Shown one piece after another: positions 37,764-47,105 of a stretch of DNA of 64,000 nt. Origin of the DNA: Candidatus Krumholzibacteriia bacterium (GTDB lineage Bacteria > Krumholzibacteriota > Krumholzibacteriia > LZORAL124-64-63); assembly GCA_050174015.1 (NCBI GenBank), contig JBFXKG010000009.1, positions 96,001-160,000 of the forward strand, in the 5' to 3' direction. The notes beneath the pieces are model-generated. The model had not been told where the DNA came from and searched no databases. It saw nothing but the letters and a program-made list of their open reading frames with translations. The position numbers and the translations under genes are program-made. Numbering within the stretch: the stretch's first letter is position 1; the number at the start of each line of letters is the position of its first letter.

Positions 37764-40309
37764 GAATAAACCCCATGCCACGCCGGGCCCGCGGTCTTGC
37801 GCCGCGGATCCTGCCCGGAATGGTTGCCGCGGTGCTGGCGGTCACGCTGGCGGCCGGGTGGTTCGCCGCCCCCGCCTCCGCCGCTCCGCCCAAGTCCCTC
37901 GATCTCAACCGGGCAAGCCTGGAGGAGATCATGGGCCTGCCCATTCCGCAGGAGCTCGCCCGGAAGATCCACGATCACCGCACCTACGTGCGGTACTTCG
38001 ACAACGTGTTCGACCTGATGGAGATCGACGGGATGACGACCGAGATCTTCGCCGGGCTCAAACCCCTGGTCTCCACGCTTCCCCCGGACGTCCTGGATGT
38101 CGGCATCGCCCGCCTGTCGGCCGGTTACCGCCAGGTCCAGCAATATCTCGGGGAGGAGGGGTCCAGCGAAGGCCTTTCCGACGAGTACCTGGACAAGATG
38201 CGCAACCCCGAGAACCTCAACGAGATGGATCTGTTCGACCTCATGTCGTACCAGAACGTCTCCCCGGTGGACGCCACCAACATCCTGAAGGCCCGGGAGC
38301 GCCTCGGCCGGTTCGAGAGCTCGCGCCAGCTCAGGAATTCCGAAGGCCTGCGGTACTACTCGTTCCGCAACCTGCGCGACTTCGTGGTCTACAGCGAGGA
38401 CGAGAAGATCATCGATTCCCTGTGGCCCGTCACGGGGTACGTCCAGACCCGCTTCTGGCAGACTCCCTTCTCCAGCGACGAGGACGAACTGGGCAGCTAC
38501 GCCAGCGGCGCTCCCCGCGGCCGCTACACCGTGGACCAGAAGGCCCTGTACCAGCCCGGCTGGCTCAACAAGGTCCGCTGGAGCGCCAAGGGCGGCTACG
38601 TCGGCGGCCTCCTGGTCGACCGGGAATACGGCGAGAAGGACTTCGACGAGACCGCCAAGGGCTTCGTGGGCATCACCGATCGCAAGTTCGGCGATGTGCG
38701 CCTGAAGGGCCTCTACGTGGGGGATTTCCGGGTCGCCTACGGCCTTGGCCTGATCATGGACAACACCGACTACATCCAATTCCGCAAGACCGGCTACGGT
38801 TTCAACAAGCGCCTGCTGGGGATCCACGGGGATCTGAGCCGCAGCTACGAGTACGGTCTGCGGGGAGCCGCCTTCGAGGGATCCTACGGCCGGGTCAACG
38901 GATCGTTCTTCGTGTCGAGCGACCGGAAGGACGGGATCCTCAATCCCGACGGGACCATCAACCGCTACGTGGTGATGCGGCCCCGGCCGGACGCGGAATG
39001 GCTCGAGGACCGCACGGTGAACGGTGTGCCCAGCTACCTGCGCCGGGACGCCTTCCAGGAGGACATCCTGGGCGGCAACCTGAAGGTCATGCTGGCGCCG
39101 GGCACCTTCGTGGGCATCACCGGCTACGAGGCCCGCTACGACAAGCCCTGGCGGGCGGACGAGGCCACCCTGGTGTCCGACACCGACCTGCTCGAGACGC
39201 GCGACAACGAGATCTGGAACGCCTACACCAGCGTGTACACCGACGAGCAGGGGGTCGTCCAGAGGGCCGACTGGCGGCGCGTCATGGGCGCCGAGGCCCA
39301 GGCCGTGGTCGGCAACATGGCGGTCCAGGGCGAGTACGCCTTCCTCCAGCAGCCGGGCAACGACTTCCTCACCAGCGCCAATCCCGACGCCTACATCGTC
39401 AACACCTTCGCCCAGTGGGAGAACCTGCACCTCCTGGGCATCTGGCGCGACTACGACGTCGGATTCGACAATCCCTACGGGCGGGCCTTCAGCAACGACA
39501 GCCGTTACGAGATGACGCTGCTGGATTCGCCCTACCGCCTGAACGACGACCTGTACACCTGGACCGAGACGGGCACACCCCAGCCCAAGGCCGAGCGGGG
39601 ACTCTACCTCGAGACCCGTTACCGGATCAGCCGGGCGCTCACCCTCAGCGGGCTGTCCTTCGACAGGTGGGAGCGCAAGGCCGACGGGGCCGACATGATG
39701 CGCTACACCCTGAAGGCGGAGTACCAGCCCAAGTTCAACATCCGGTTCCGGGTGCGGCACCGGTACAGCAGCCGTTCGGAGGGCGATCCCAGCGACGTGC
39801 GGACCTACCGCAACTGGGAGACCCGCTGGCAGATGATCACCATGCTCAGCAACTACAACCGGCTGCAGTTCATGTACATGACCAGCAACGTGATGTTCCC
39901 CCCGCGCACCCGCTGGCCGTTCGCCGGCACCCCGGACGCCGGGGCCGGCGATTCGGCCGTCGGCACGGCAGGGATGCCCGCCCAGGCCTTCGAGGTCCGC
40001 TACGAGCACAACCTGACGCCGGGAATCGAACTGACCTTCGGGTCCTCGATCTACGACGGCTTCCTCTGGAATTTCGAGGGCAACGAATTCGTCCTGCTCG
40101 ACGGGACAGGATTCCGCAACTGGTTCAAGATCCAGAGCCGGGTCTCCGAGCGGATGCTGTTCCAGCTGAAGGTCACCAGGGACCACAACCTCCCCAAGAC
40201 CTACGTCGACGTGCGCGATTTCGGCGACCCGCTGGGCAACGAGCCCGATGCGGAGTACGCCCCCAAGGATGACACCATCGTCCGTCTGCAGATGGACTAC
40301 ACCTTCTGA
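37760..40309 (+). CDS. ComEA-like helix-hairpin-helix domains fused to a large outer-membrane barrel
   Basis: LDLNRASLEEI..ARKI..R..FDNVFDLMEIDG; second copy NLNEM..ATNILKARERLGRFES; YVGDFRVAYGLGL; terminal LQMDYTF. Confidence 0.82.
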   Translation: MRINPMPRRARGLAPRILPGMVAAVLAVTLAAGWFAAPASAAPPKSLDLNRASLEEIMGLPIPQELARKIHDHRTYVRYFDNVFDLMEIDGMTTEIFAGLKPLVSTLPPDVLDVGIARLSAGYRQVQQYLGEEGSSEGLSDEYLDKMRNPENLNEMDLFDLMSYQNVSPVDATNILKARERLGRFESSRQLRNSEGLRYYSFRNLRDFVVYSEDEKIIDSLWPVTGYVQTRFWQTPFSSDEDELGSYASGAPRGRYTVDQKALYQPGWLNKVRWSAKGGYVGGLLVDREYGEKDFDETAKGFVGITDRKFGDVRLKGLYVGDFRVAYGLGLIMDNTDYIQFRKTGYGFNKRLLGIHGDLSRSYEYGLRGAAFEGSYGRVNGSFFVSSDRKDGILNPDGTINRYVVMRPRPDAEWLEDRTVNGVPSYLRRDAFQEDILGGNLKVMLAPGTFVGITGYEARYDKPWRADEATLVSDTDLLETRDNEIWNAYTSVYTDEQGVVQRADWRRVMGAEAQAVVGNMAVQGEYAFLQQPGNDFLTSANPDAYIVNTFAQWENLHLLGIWRDYDVGFDNPYGRAFSNDSRYEMTLLDSPYRLNDDLYTWTETGTPQPKAERGLYLETRYRISRALTLSGLSFDRWERKADGADMMRYTLKAEYQPKFNIRFRVRHRYSSRSEGDPSDVRTYRNWETRWQMITMLSNYNRLQFMYMTSNVMFPPRTRWPFAGTPDAGAGDSAVGTAGMPAQAFEVRYEHNLTPGIELTFGSSIYDGFLWNFEGNEFVLLDGTGFRNWFKIQSRVSERMLFQLKVTRDHNLPKTYVDVRDFGDPLGNEPDAEYAPKDDTIVRLQMDYTF

Positions 40310-40330
40310 TAGATCGAGGAGACTGGAGAC

Positions 40331-41674
40331 ATGAACACGAATTGCAGGATTTTCAGGGGCCTGGCGGGAGGGCTGCCCGCCCTGGCGCTGACGGCGGCCC
40401 TGCTGGCTCTTGCGGTCCCCGCCTGGTCCGTACCCCAGATCATGACCCCCTACGGCGACCAGCTGGGGTGGACGGGCGCCGAGGTCAACGCCATGGGCGG
40501 GACGGGCACGGCCCTCTTCCGCGGCGGCTATTCCAACATCTTCAACCCGGCCCTCCTCGCCGACGCGACGGGCTACCGCTTCGACGGCGGCGTGTCCCTC
40601 GACCAGCAGCACGAGGACCGCTTCCAGCCCCTGTTCGACGGCTTCGAGTCCTACATCCGGGACGTGGCCATCGCCAGCAACCGGGAGCACTACTTCCAGA
40701 CGGGCTTCGCCCTGTCGGGGATCTTCGGCTCCGGCGACCGCCCGGTGGCCGCGGCGCTGTCGCTGACCGACCGCTACGCCTTCAACTACACGTTCGAGGA
40801 GGAGCTGCGCAATCCCAGCCCCTACATCCCGGCCGCGGGCGAACCCGCCCGGGACCAGATCATCGAGGAGCGCCGGCGGGAGATCGACGGCACCGTCCGC
40901 GACCTCTCGGTCGGCGTGGGGTACCAGGTCCACGAGCGCATCTCGGTGGGAGCGGCGGCCCACTACGCCTTCGGGACCCGGACCGAGGTCAACACCGTCA
41001 GGGACCTGGCGACCGCGACCAACGGCTACGACCACCGCGACGAGTTCGACCTGAGCGGCGTGAACTTCACCGTCGGGCTGCGGGGCAAGGTCAATGACCG
41101 TCTGGAACTGGCCGTGGCCTGGGACAGCGCCCTCGAGGCCGAAGGCGACTGGACCTCCGACGACTACGAGGCGGGCACCGGCGAGACCACGAGCGGCATG
41201 GTGGACGGCTCCTTCAAGTATCCTCAGGCCTACCGGGCGGGCATGGCCTTCCGCCCCCGGACCGATCCGCGGACCGTGTTCACCATGGAGCTGGAGTACA
41301 AGCCCTGGAGCGAGCTGGAGGACTTCCGGGTGCCCGGGGACGACAATCCGCAGAACCTGGACGACACCATGGACGTGCGGATCGGCCTGGAGCACCTATT
41401 CTATAACGGGATGCCCCTGCGCTTCGGATTCCGGCACTTCGACAGCTACGCGGACAAGGAATCCTCGGCCACCGTCTTCAGCGCCGGCGTGGGCGCTCCC
41501 CTGGGAAGCGGAATGGTGTCGGTCTCGGTGGAGCTGAGCAAGATCTCCAGCATCCAGGCCCATCAGTTCCCCTATCCCACCAACTACTTCGGTGACAGCT
41601 TCGTCGCCGACCCCATGGCCCGGGTCGAGGACACCCGGTTCCGCGTGGGGGCCGGCTACACGGTGGGGTTCTGA
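40331..41674 (+). CDS. FadL/PorV-like outer-membrane beta-barrel
   Basis: AMGGTGTAL...FNPALL; YKPWS; LRFGF; terminal YTVGF. Confidence 0.78.
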   Translation: MNTNCRIFRGLAGGLPALALTAALLALAVPAWSVPQIMTPYGDQLGWTGAEVNAMGGTGTALFRGGYSNIFNPALLADATGYRFDGGVSLDQQHEDRFQPLFDGFESYIRDVAIASNREHYFQTGFALSGIFGSGDRPVAAALSLTDRYAFNYTFEEELRNPSPYIPAAGEPARDQIIEERRREIDGTVRDLSVGVGYQVHERISVGAAAHYAFGTRTEVNTVRDLATATNGYDHRDEFDLSGVNFTVGLRGKVNDRLELAVAWDSALEAEGDWTSDDYEAGTGETTSGMVDGSFKYPQAYRAGMAFRPRTDPRTVFTMELEYKPWSELEDFRVPGDDNPQNLDDTMDVRIGLEHLFYNGMPLRFGFRHFDSYADKESSATVFSAGVGAPLGSGMVSVSVELSKISSIQAHQFPYPTNYFGDSFVADPMARVEDTRFRVGAGYTVGF

Positions 41675-41676
41675 CC

Positions 41677-43398
41677 ATGCGCAACGAAAGAATCGCGAAG
41701 AGCGTCGCCTTGGTCCTGGCGGCCGCCCTGCTGGCGGGACCGGCGGCCCTGGCCGACGGGGACGAGGGCCTGCTGCGGATCCACCTGCTGTGGACCAACG
41801 ACCTGCACGGCCACATCGCCCCCGAACCGGCGAGGTTCATGAATCCGGAGTTCCCGCCGCCCCTCGGCGGCGGGCCGTCCGCCGCCGGCTACATCAAGGA
41901 AGTCCGCGAGAGGGCCGCGGCCGCCGGCGAGGAGGTCCTGCTCGTGGACGTCGGCGACATGTTCCAGGGCACCCCCATCGGGAACAAGACCAAGGGCGAG
42001 GCGGTCATCAAGTATTTCAACGCCATGGAATACCAGCTGACGGTGCCCGGCAACCACGACTTCGACATGGGGCGGGCCAACACCGAGCGGCTCGCCAGGA
42101 TGTCGGACTTCCCCTGGCTCAGCGCCAACATCATCGAGAAGGACACCGGCGAGCTGCCCGACTGGCTGCAGCCCACCCTGATGCTGGATTACCAGGGCGT
42201 CAAGATCGGCGTGGTGGGGATCACCACCCCCAGCACAGCGGTCATGTCCTTCCCCCAGAACATCGAGGGCCTGGACTTCCTGCCCATGGCGGCCAACCTC
42301 ATCGAGCACCGGGACAGGCTGAGGGCCGAGGGCGCGGATCTCATCTTCCTGGCCATCCACGAGGGCCTGCCCTACGACCCGGACGAGGGCTGGAAGCAGA
42401 TCACCGGAGGCACCGAGACCGAGACCGCCGGCGAGCTGCAGGGCACCTACGGCAGCAACCACTCCTACGGGGGCAAGAACCTCATGGAACTGGTCCACGA
42501 GGTGCCGGGCATCGACTTCGCCGTGGGCGGCCACACCCACCGGGGTTACCACGAACCCTGGATCGATCCCGTGAACCACACCATGTGCTTCGAGAGCTTC
42601 GGCAACGGCTCGAGCATCGGCCACGCCGTCCTGCTCGTCGACCGCAAGACCCGGACCCTGGTGGGGTACGAGGGCGCCCATGACCGCGGCACCCTGATCA
42701 CCCTGTTCGAGGATGAGATCTGGCCCGACGAGGAGACCAGCGAGATCATCCGCCCCTATCACGAGGAGGCCGAGGCCGAGATGAAGAAGGTCATCGGGTC
42801 GTCCGCCATCGCCCTGGGCCGCGGCGGTCCGGGCTCCAACCTGGTGGGCAACCTCGTGACCGACGCCATGCGGGATTACTTCGGCGCAGACTTCAGCTTC
42901 CAGAACCTGGGCGGCCTGCGGGCGGACCTGCCCGCCGGCGACCTGACCACCCGCGACATCTTCAGCGTGCTGCCCTTCGGCAACGAGCTGGTCGAGGTGC
43001 GGCTGGACGGCCGCATGCTGCGCCGGATCATCGAGCGCAAGGTGGCCGGCCGCAGCGGGGGGCTATGCCTGTCCGGGGTGGAGATGGCCTTCGATCCGAC
43101 CCGGCCCGATTACGACCGGGTGGTGAAGCTGCTGGTGGGCGGCGAGCCCTGGGATCCCGACCGCATCTACAAGACCGTCTGCACCAGCTTCCTCATGGAG
43201 GGCAACAGCGGCCTGGAATTCCTGACGACCATCCCCGCCACGGACATCACGCCGACCCAGATCACCACCGCCGAGGCCGTCGAGTTCTACATCAAGAAGC
43301 ACTCCCCGGTGCGGCCGCGGGTGGACAACCGTTGGGTGGAGAAGCCCGGGACGCCCCAGGCCGACTACCTGAAGCAGGCGTATTTGCCGGAATCATGA
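41677..43398 (+). CDS. Periplasmic 5'-nucleotidase/UDP-sugar hydrolase (UshA-like)
   Basis: TNDLHG, DVGD, GNHDFD, GGHTH, NLGGLR, LPFGN; signal peptide. Confidence 0.92.
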   Translation: MRNERIAKSVALVLAAALLAGPAALADGDEGLLRIHLLWTNDLHGHIAPEPARFMNPEFPPPLGGGPSAAGYIKEVRERAAAAGEEVLLVDVGDMFQGTPIGNKTKGEAVIKYFNAMEYQLTVPGNHDFDMGRANTERLARMSDFPWLSANIIEKDTGELPDWLQPTLMLDYQGVKIGVVGITTPSTAVMSFPQNIEGLDFLPMAANLIEHRDRLRAEGADLIFLAIHEGLPYDPDEGWKQITGGTETETAGELQGTYGSNHSYGGKNLMELVHEVPGIDFAVGGHTHRGYHEPWIDPVNHTMCFESFGNGSSIGHAVLLVDRKTRTLVGYEGAHDRGTLITLFEDEIWPDEETSEIIRPYHEEAEAEMKKVIGSSAIALGRGGPGSNLVGNLVTDAMRDYFGADFSFQNLGGLRADLPAGDLTTRDIFSVLPFGNELVEVRLDGRMLRRIIERKVAGRSGGLCLSGVEMAFDPTRPDYDRVVKLLVGGEPWDPDRIYKTVCTSFLMEGNSGLEFLTTIPATDITPTQITTAEAVEFYIKKHSPVRPRVDNRWVEKPGTPQADYLKQAYLPES

Positions 43399-43507
43399 TT
43401 TTTTTGCCGAATGGTGCAAAATCCGCTTTGACAGCCTTTTAGCCTCAAGCCCGCCCCTGGCCGGTCGAAGAACTGGCCAGGGGCGGACCTCATTCCCGCC
43501 CCGGGAC

Positions 43508-44803
43508 ATGGAAGTCCTGGCCCAGGCGCCCGGCGCCGATGACAAGGCGGTCATGAACGTGAAGACCCTCCGCAAGGAAAAACGCAACGAGCAGCTGCTG
43601 CGCTTCGCCGTCCACATGAACAAGATGGTGGTGGGGCAGCCCCAGGCCATAGACAAGCTGACCGACAGCTTCAGCCGCCTGATCGCGGGGGTCCACGACC
43701 CCGAACGACCCCTGCTGACCATGATGTTCATGGGGCCGACGGGGGTCGGCAAGACCGAGACGGTGCGGGCCCTGGCCGAGACGATCTTCGGCAACAAGCG
43801 GGCCTACACGCGGGTCAACTGCCAGGAATATTCCGCCCACTACAACATCTCCAAGCTGCTGGGATCGCCGCCGGGCTACGTCGGCGGCGAGATCCGGCCG
43901 CTGCTGGCCCAGGAGAACCTGGACCGCCACCACAAGAAGGCGCTCGAGAAGCAGTCGGGCATGGTCAGCGAAAGCGACAGCAAGCTGAGCCGCCTGTTCC
44001 CGCCCGAATCGGAGAAGTACCTGTCCATCGTCCTGTTCGACGAGATCGAGAAGGCCCATCCCAAGCTGTGGAACCTGCTGCTGGGCATCCTCGAGGACGG
44101 GACCGTGGTGCTGGGCAACAACGAAGAGGTCGACTTCCGGCAGTCCATCATCATCCTGACGACCAACGTGGGCAGCGAGGCCATGGGCGCCCACCTGGGC
44201 CAGACGAACATCGGGTTCTCGTCGGGCAAGGACGAGGCCCGGATGGACAAGGACATCGAGGACGCCGCCCTGCGGGCCGCCAAGAAGGTGTTCCCCTTCG
44301 AGTTCCTCAACCGGTTCGACGACATCATCACCTACCACACGCTGAAGGAACCCCACCTCTACAGCATCCTGGACATCCTCATCGGCCAGGTGCACCACCG
44401 GTCCCTGCTGTGCAACGAGCCCTTCCTGCTGGAGATCACCGACGAGGCCAAGGCCCGCCTGGTGGAGGCCGGCAAGGACGTCCAGTACGGCGCCCGCCCC
44501 CTCAAGCGGGTGGTGGAGAAGGAGATCGTCACCCCGATCTCGCACTACATCTGCTCCGACCAGATCCGCAAGGGGGATCTGATCACGGTCGCCGTCGACG
44601 AGACCACGCAGGAACTGGTCTTCCGCAAGGAGACCGGCGTGACGAGCTGGGAGGAACTGGAGAGCCTCGGACCCTTCCCCGAATCCCGCTGGACCAAGGA
44701 CGACCTGGGGGTCAAGGACGACGGCGGCGAGAAGAAGCAGATCGTCGAGGAGATCACGCAGGTGGTCGCGAACGCCGGCGTCTTCAGCGGCGCCGACGAA
44801 TAG
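43508..44803 (+). CDS. Stand-alone ClpA/B/C D2-type AAA+ ATPase
   Basis: VVGQ, GPTGVGKTE, GSPPGYVG, FDEIEKAH, IGF, EFLNR, GARPLKR. Alternative start 43553. Confidence 0.9.
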   Translation: MEVLAQAPGADDKAVMNVKTLRKEKRNEQLLRFAVHMNKMVVGQPQAIDKLTDSFSRLIAGVHDPERPLLTMMFMGPTGVGKTETVRALAETIFGNKRAYTRVNCQEYSAHYNISKLLGSPPGYVGGEIRPLLAQENLDRHHKKALEKQSGMVSESDSKLSRLFPPESEKYLSIVLFDEIEKAHPKLWNLLLGILEDGTVVLGNNEEVDFRQSIIILTTNVGSEAMGAHLGQTNIGFSSGKDEARMDKDIEDAALRAAKKVFPFEFLNRFDDIITYHTLKEPHLYSILDILIGQVHHRSLLCNEPFLLEITDEAKARLVEAGKDVQYGARPLKRVVEKEIVTPISHYICSDQIRKGDLITVAVDETTQELVFRKETGVTSWEELESLGPFPESRWTKDDLGVKDDGGEKKQIVEEITQVVANAGVFSGADE

Positions 44804-44833
44804 TCGCCTGAGGAACCGGGCTGCGGACGCTCC

Positions 44834-45178
44834 CTACGGCCAGTAGAGGAAGCGTCCGCAGCTTTCGCATTTCTGGACCCGGTCGGCGTTCGTCTTGCTG
44901 ACGAAGGAAGGCGGGATCTGGGCGAAGCAACCGGTGCAGTTGTTGCCCACGACGGGGACCACGGCGTGTCCGAACTTCCCGACCAGACGCTTGAACGCGC
45001 TCATCAGGCGGGGATCGATCTGGGCCTCGAGTTCATCGTGGGCCTTGCGCAGGTCGTCCAGCCCGGCGTACTTGAAGCCCATGCCCTCGAGCTCGGGCCC
45101 CTTCTCCTCGACCTCGCGGATCATCTCGTTCATGTCCTGCAGGGCGACCAGCAGTTGCAGTTGGGGATGCATGATCAT
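44834..45178 (-). CDS. C4 zinc-ribbon protein (short zf-RING_7 type)
   Basis: LVALQD..., CTGC...CESCGRFLY. Confidence 0.85.
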   Translation of the reverse strand: MIMHPQLQLLVALQDMNEMIREVEEKGPELEGMGFKYAGLDDLRKAHDELEAQIDPRLMSAFKRLVGKFGHAVVPVVGNNCTGCFAQIPPSFVSKTNADRVQKCESCGRFLYWP

Positions 45179-45636
45179 TCCCCCCTCATCGCGGTGCAGA
45201 AGCTCTCGTAGTCCCCGGCGTCCATCAGCCTGGCCCGCAGATCGGGATCCTGGATGCGGTCGATCAGGGCCGCGAGGGACTTGATGTACTGGTGGCCGGA
45301 ATCCTGGGGCGGGGCGACCAGGACGAAGAACAGGTGGGTGGGCTTGCCGTCCTCCGAGTCGAAATCCACGCCGGCGGTCGAACGGGCGATCAGGATCGTC
45401 AACCGCTGCACGGCCAGGGTCCGGCCGTGGGGGAAGGCGACGCCGGGGCCGACGGCGGTGCTGCCCAGGGCCTCGCGGCTATGCAGCATCTGCATGATGG
45501 TGTCGGCGTTCTGGATGTCGGTTCCGGCGAGGAGGCCCGAGACCAGCTCGGTGAGGGCGGATTGCTTGTCCGTGGCTTTGAGGTCGGGAAGGAAGAGGCC
45601 GGGAGAGGTGTGCTTGAGAACCTCGGCAATGTCCAT
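45175..45636 (-). CDS. PTS IIA (Ntr-type) domain protein
   Basis: REALGSTAVGPGVAFPHGR, GVDFDSEDGKP. Confidence 0.9.
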   Translation of the reverse strand: MDIAEVLKHTSPGLFLPDLKATDKQSALTELVSGLLAGTDIQNADTIMQMLHSREALGSTAVGPGVAFPHGRTLAVQRLTILIARSTAGVDFDSEDGKPTHLFFVLVAPPQDSGHQYIKSLAALIDRIQDPDLRARLMDAGDYESFCTAMRGE

Positions 45637-45790
45637 GAGAATCGCACCGCCTTGAGAATCCGGAAAAAATGTGGTAACACTTCATGCAAAACCTAATCCA
45701 TCGGGCGGGGTTTAACAAGGGACAACCGGATCCGGGTTCCCGCTCCCTGCCGGAACCAGGCCCGCCGGGCCCGGGCCCAGGAGGACCATC

Positions 45791-46768
45791 ATAGACAACC
45801 CCGTGGTGGGCGCCCCCGGCGGGCTCCGTGAAGGCCTCGTCATCAGGACCAGCGGCGGCCGCTGCTTCGTGGCGTCGGACGGCTCGACCTGGTCCTGCCA
45901 GTTCCGCGGCAAGCTCAAGAAGGGCAAGCAGGTGGCCCAGTCGTTGGCCGTCGCCGGGGACCGCGTCCTGTTCTCGACCCTGGACGGGGAGGCCGGGGCC
46001 AGCGGCGTGGTCGAGGAGATCCTGCCCCGCCGCAACCGCATTTCCCGGCTCGCTGCCCGCCGCACCGGCGGCCGCATGGAGCAGGTCCTCATGGCCAACC
46101 TGGACCAGGTGGTCGTCGTCCAGTCCCTGCGGGAGCCGACCCCCCAGACGGGACTCGTGGACCGGCTGCTGATGGCAGCCTCGCGCTTCGAGGTGGACGG
46201 GGTCCTCGTGCTGAACAAGGTGGACCTTCAATCGCCCGGGGAGGAGACCATCGCCTGGGACTACTACTCCACCCTGGGATACCGGGTGATCCGGACCTCC
46301 GCGGCGGCCGGCCTCGGTCTCGAGGAGCTTCGCGGCGCCCTGGCCGGACGCATCTCCATCTTCCTGGGAGCCTCGGGTGTGGGCAAGAGCAGCCTGCTCA
46401 ACGCCCTGGACCGGGAGCTGGCCCTGCGGGTCGCCGAGGTCACGGCCAAGACAGGGCTGGGCCGTCACACCACCACCCACACCGAACTTTTTCCCCTGCC
46501 CGACGGCGGTTACATCGCCGACTCCCCGGGAATCAGGGGTTTCGATCCCTGGGACGTTGATCCCCTGGCCGTGCGGGACTATTTTCCGGAATTCCAGGAC
46601 GCGGCCGACCGCTGCCGCTTCCGTTCCTGCCTGCACCGGGACGAGCCGGTCTGCGGGGTCAAGGACGCGGTGGTCGCCAGGCGCATCCCGTCCTGGCGCT
46701 ATGCGGCCTACCTCCAGGTGGTCAAGGATCTGGAGACGAGGCGGGGGGAATCAGGTTCGCGGCGTTGA
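45791..46768 (+). CDS. rsgA: Ribosome small subunit-dependent GTPase A
   Basis: ANLD, NKVD, GASGVGKSS, GRHTTT, DSPG, CRFRSCLHRDEPVC. Start ATA 45791 or GTG 45803. Confidence 0.94.
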   Translation: MDNPVVGAPGGLREGLVIRTSGGRCFVASDGSTWSCQFRGKLKKGKQVAQSLAVAGDRVLFSTLDGEAGASGVVEEILPRRNRISRLAARRTGGRMEQVLMANLDQVVVVQSLREPTPQTGLVDRLLMAASRFEVDGVLVLNKVDLQSPGEETIAWDYYSTLGYRVIRTSAAAGLGLEELRGALAGRISIFLGASGVGKSSLLNALDRELALRVAEVTAKTGLGRHTTTHTELFPLPDGGYIADSPGIRGFDPWDVDPLAVRDYFPEFQDAADRCRFRSCLHRDEPVCGVKDAVVARRIPSWRYAAYLQVVKDLETRRGESGSRR

Positions 46769-47020
46769 GTCCTGCGCGGGGCCCGGCAGCATGCCGTAGT
46801 AGAGCAGCGCCTCCTGGCCCTCGTGGAGCAGCTTGTCCAGGGGCAGGATTCCGGTGGGACGGCGCCAGCGGGTGAAGGACTCGGCCCTGTCCGCATCCAC
46901 CCAGCCAGGCAAGGGTTTGCCCAGCACCCCGGGCGATTTGGCCACGAGTTCGTAGGCTCCGAGGGCGAGGGCGGCGGCATAGCCGGCCCACAGCGTCCAT
47001 AACACCAGCTGGCGGCGCAT
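46751..47020 (-). CDS. Small membrane-anchored hypothetical protein
   Basis: AAGGA SD; MRRQLVLWTLWAGYAAALALG TM segment. Confidence 0.55.
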   Translation of the reverse strand: MRRQLVLWTLWAGYAAALALGAYELVAKSPGVLGKPLPGWVDADRAESFTRWRRPTGILPLDKLLHEGQEALLYYGMLPGPAQDSTPRT

Positions 47021-47105
47021 CTTGTCCTTCCGGGCGGATGGTCCGGGTCGGTCCCTGCCGGGACCCCAGGCAAGCCCCGTGCCAGCATCACCGTGGGGGA
47101 TTTCC

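Noticed and set aside
37721..41395. 1224-aa minus-strand ORF and many other long alternative-frame ORFs (e.g. 34630..37062, 17145..19076, 12928..14856)
   Set aside because: Antisense or shifted-frame shadows of real high-GC genes; no motifs, R/G/P- or V/L/H-biased composition.
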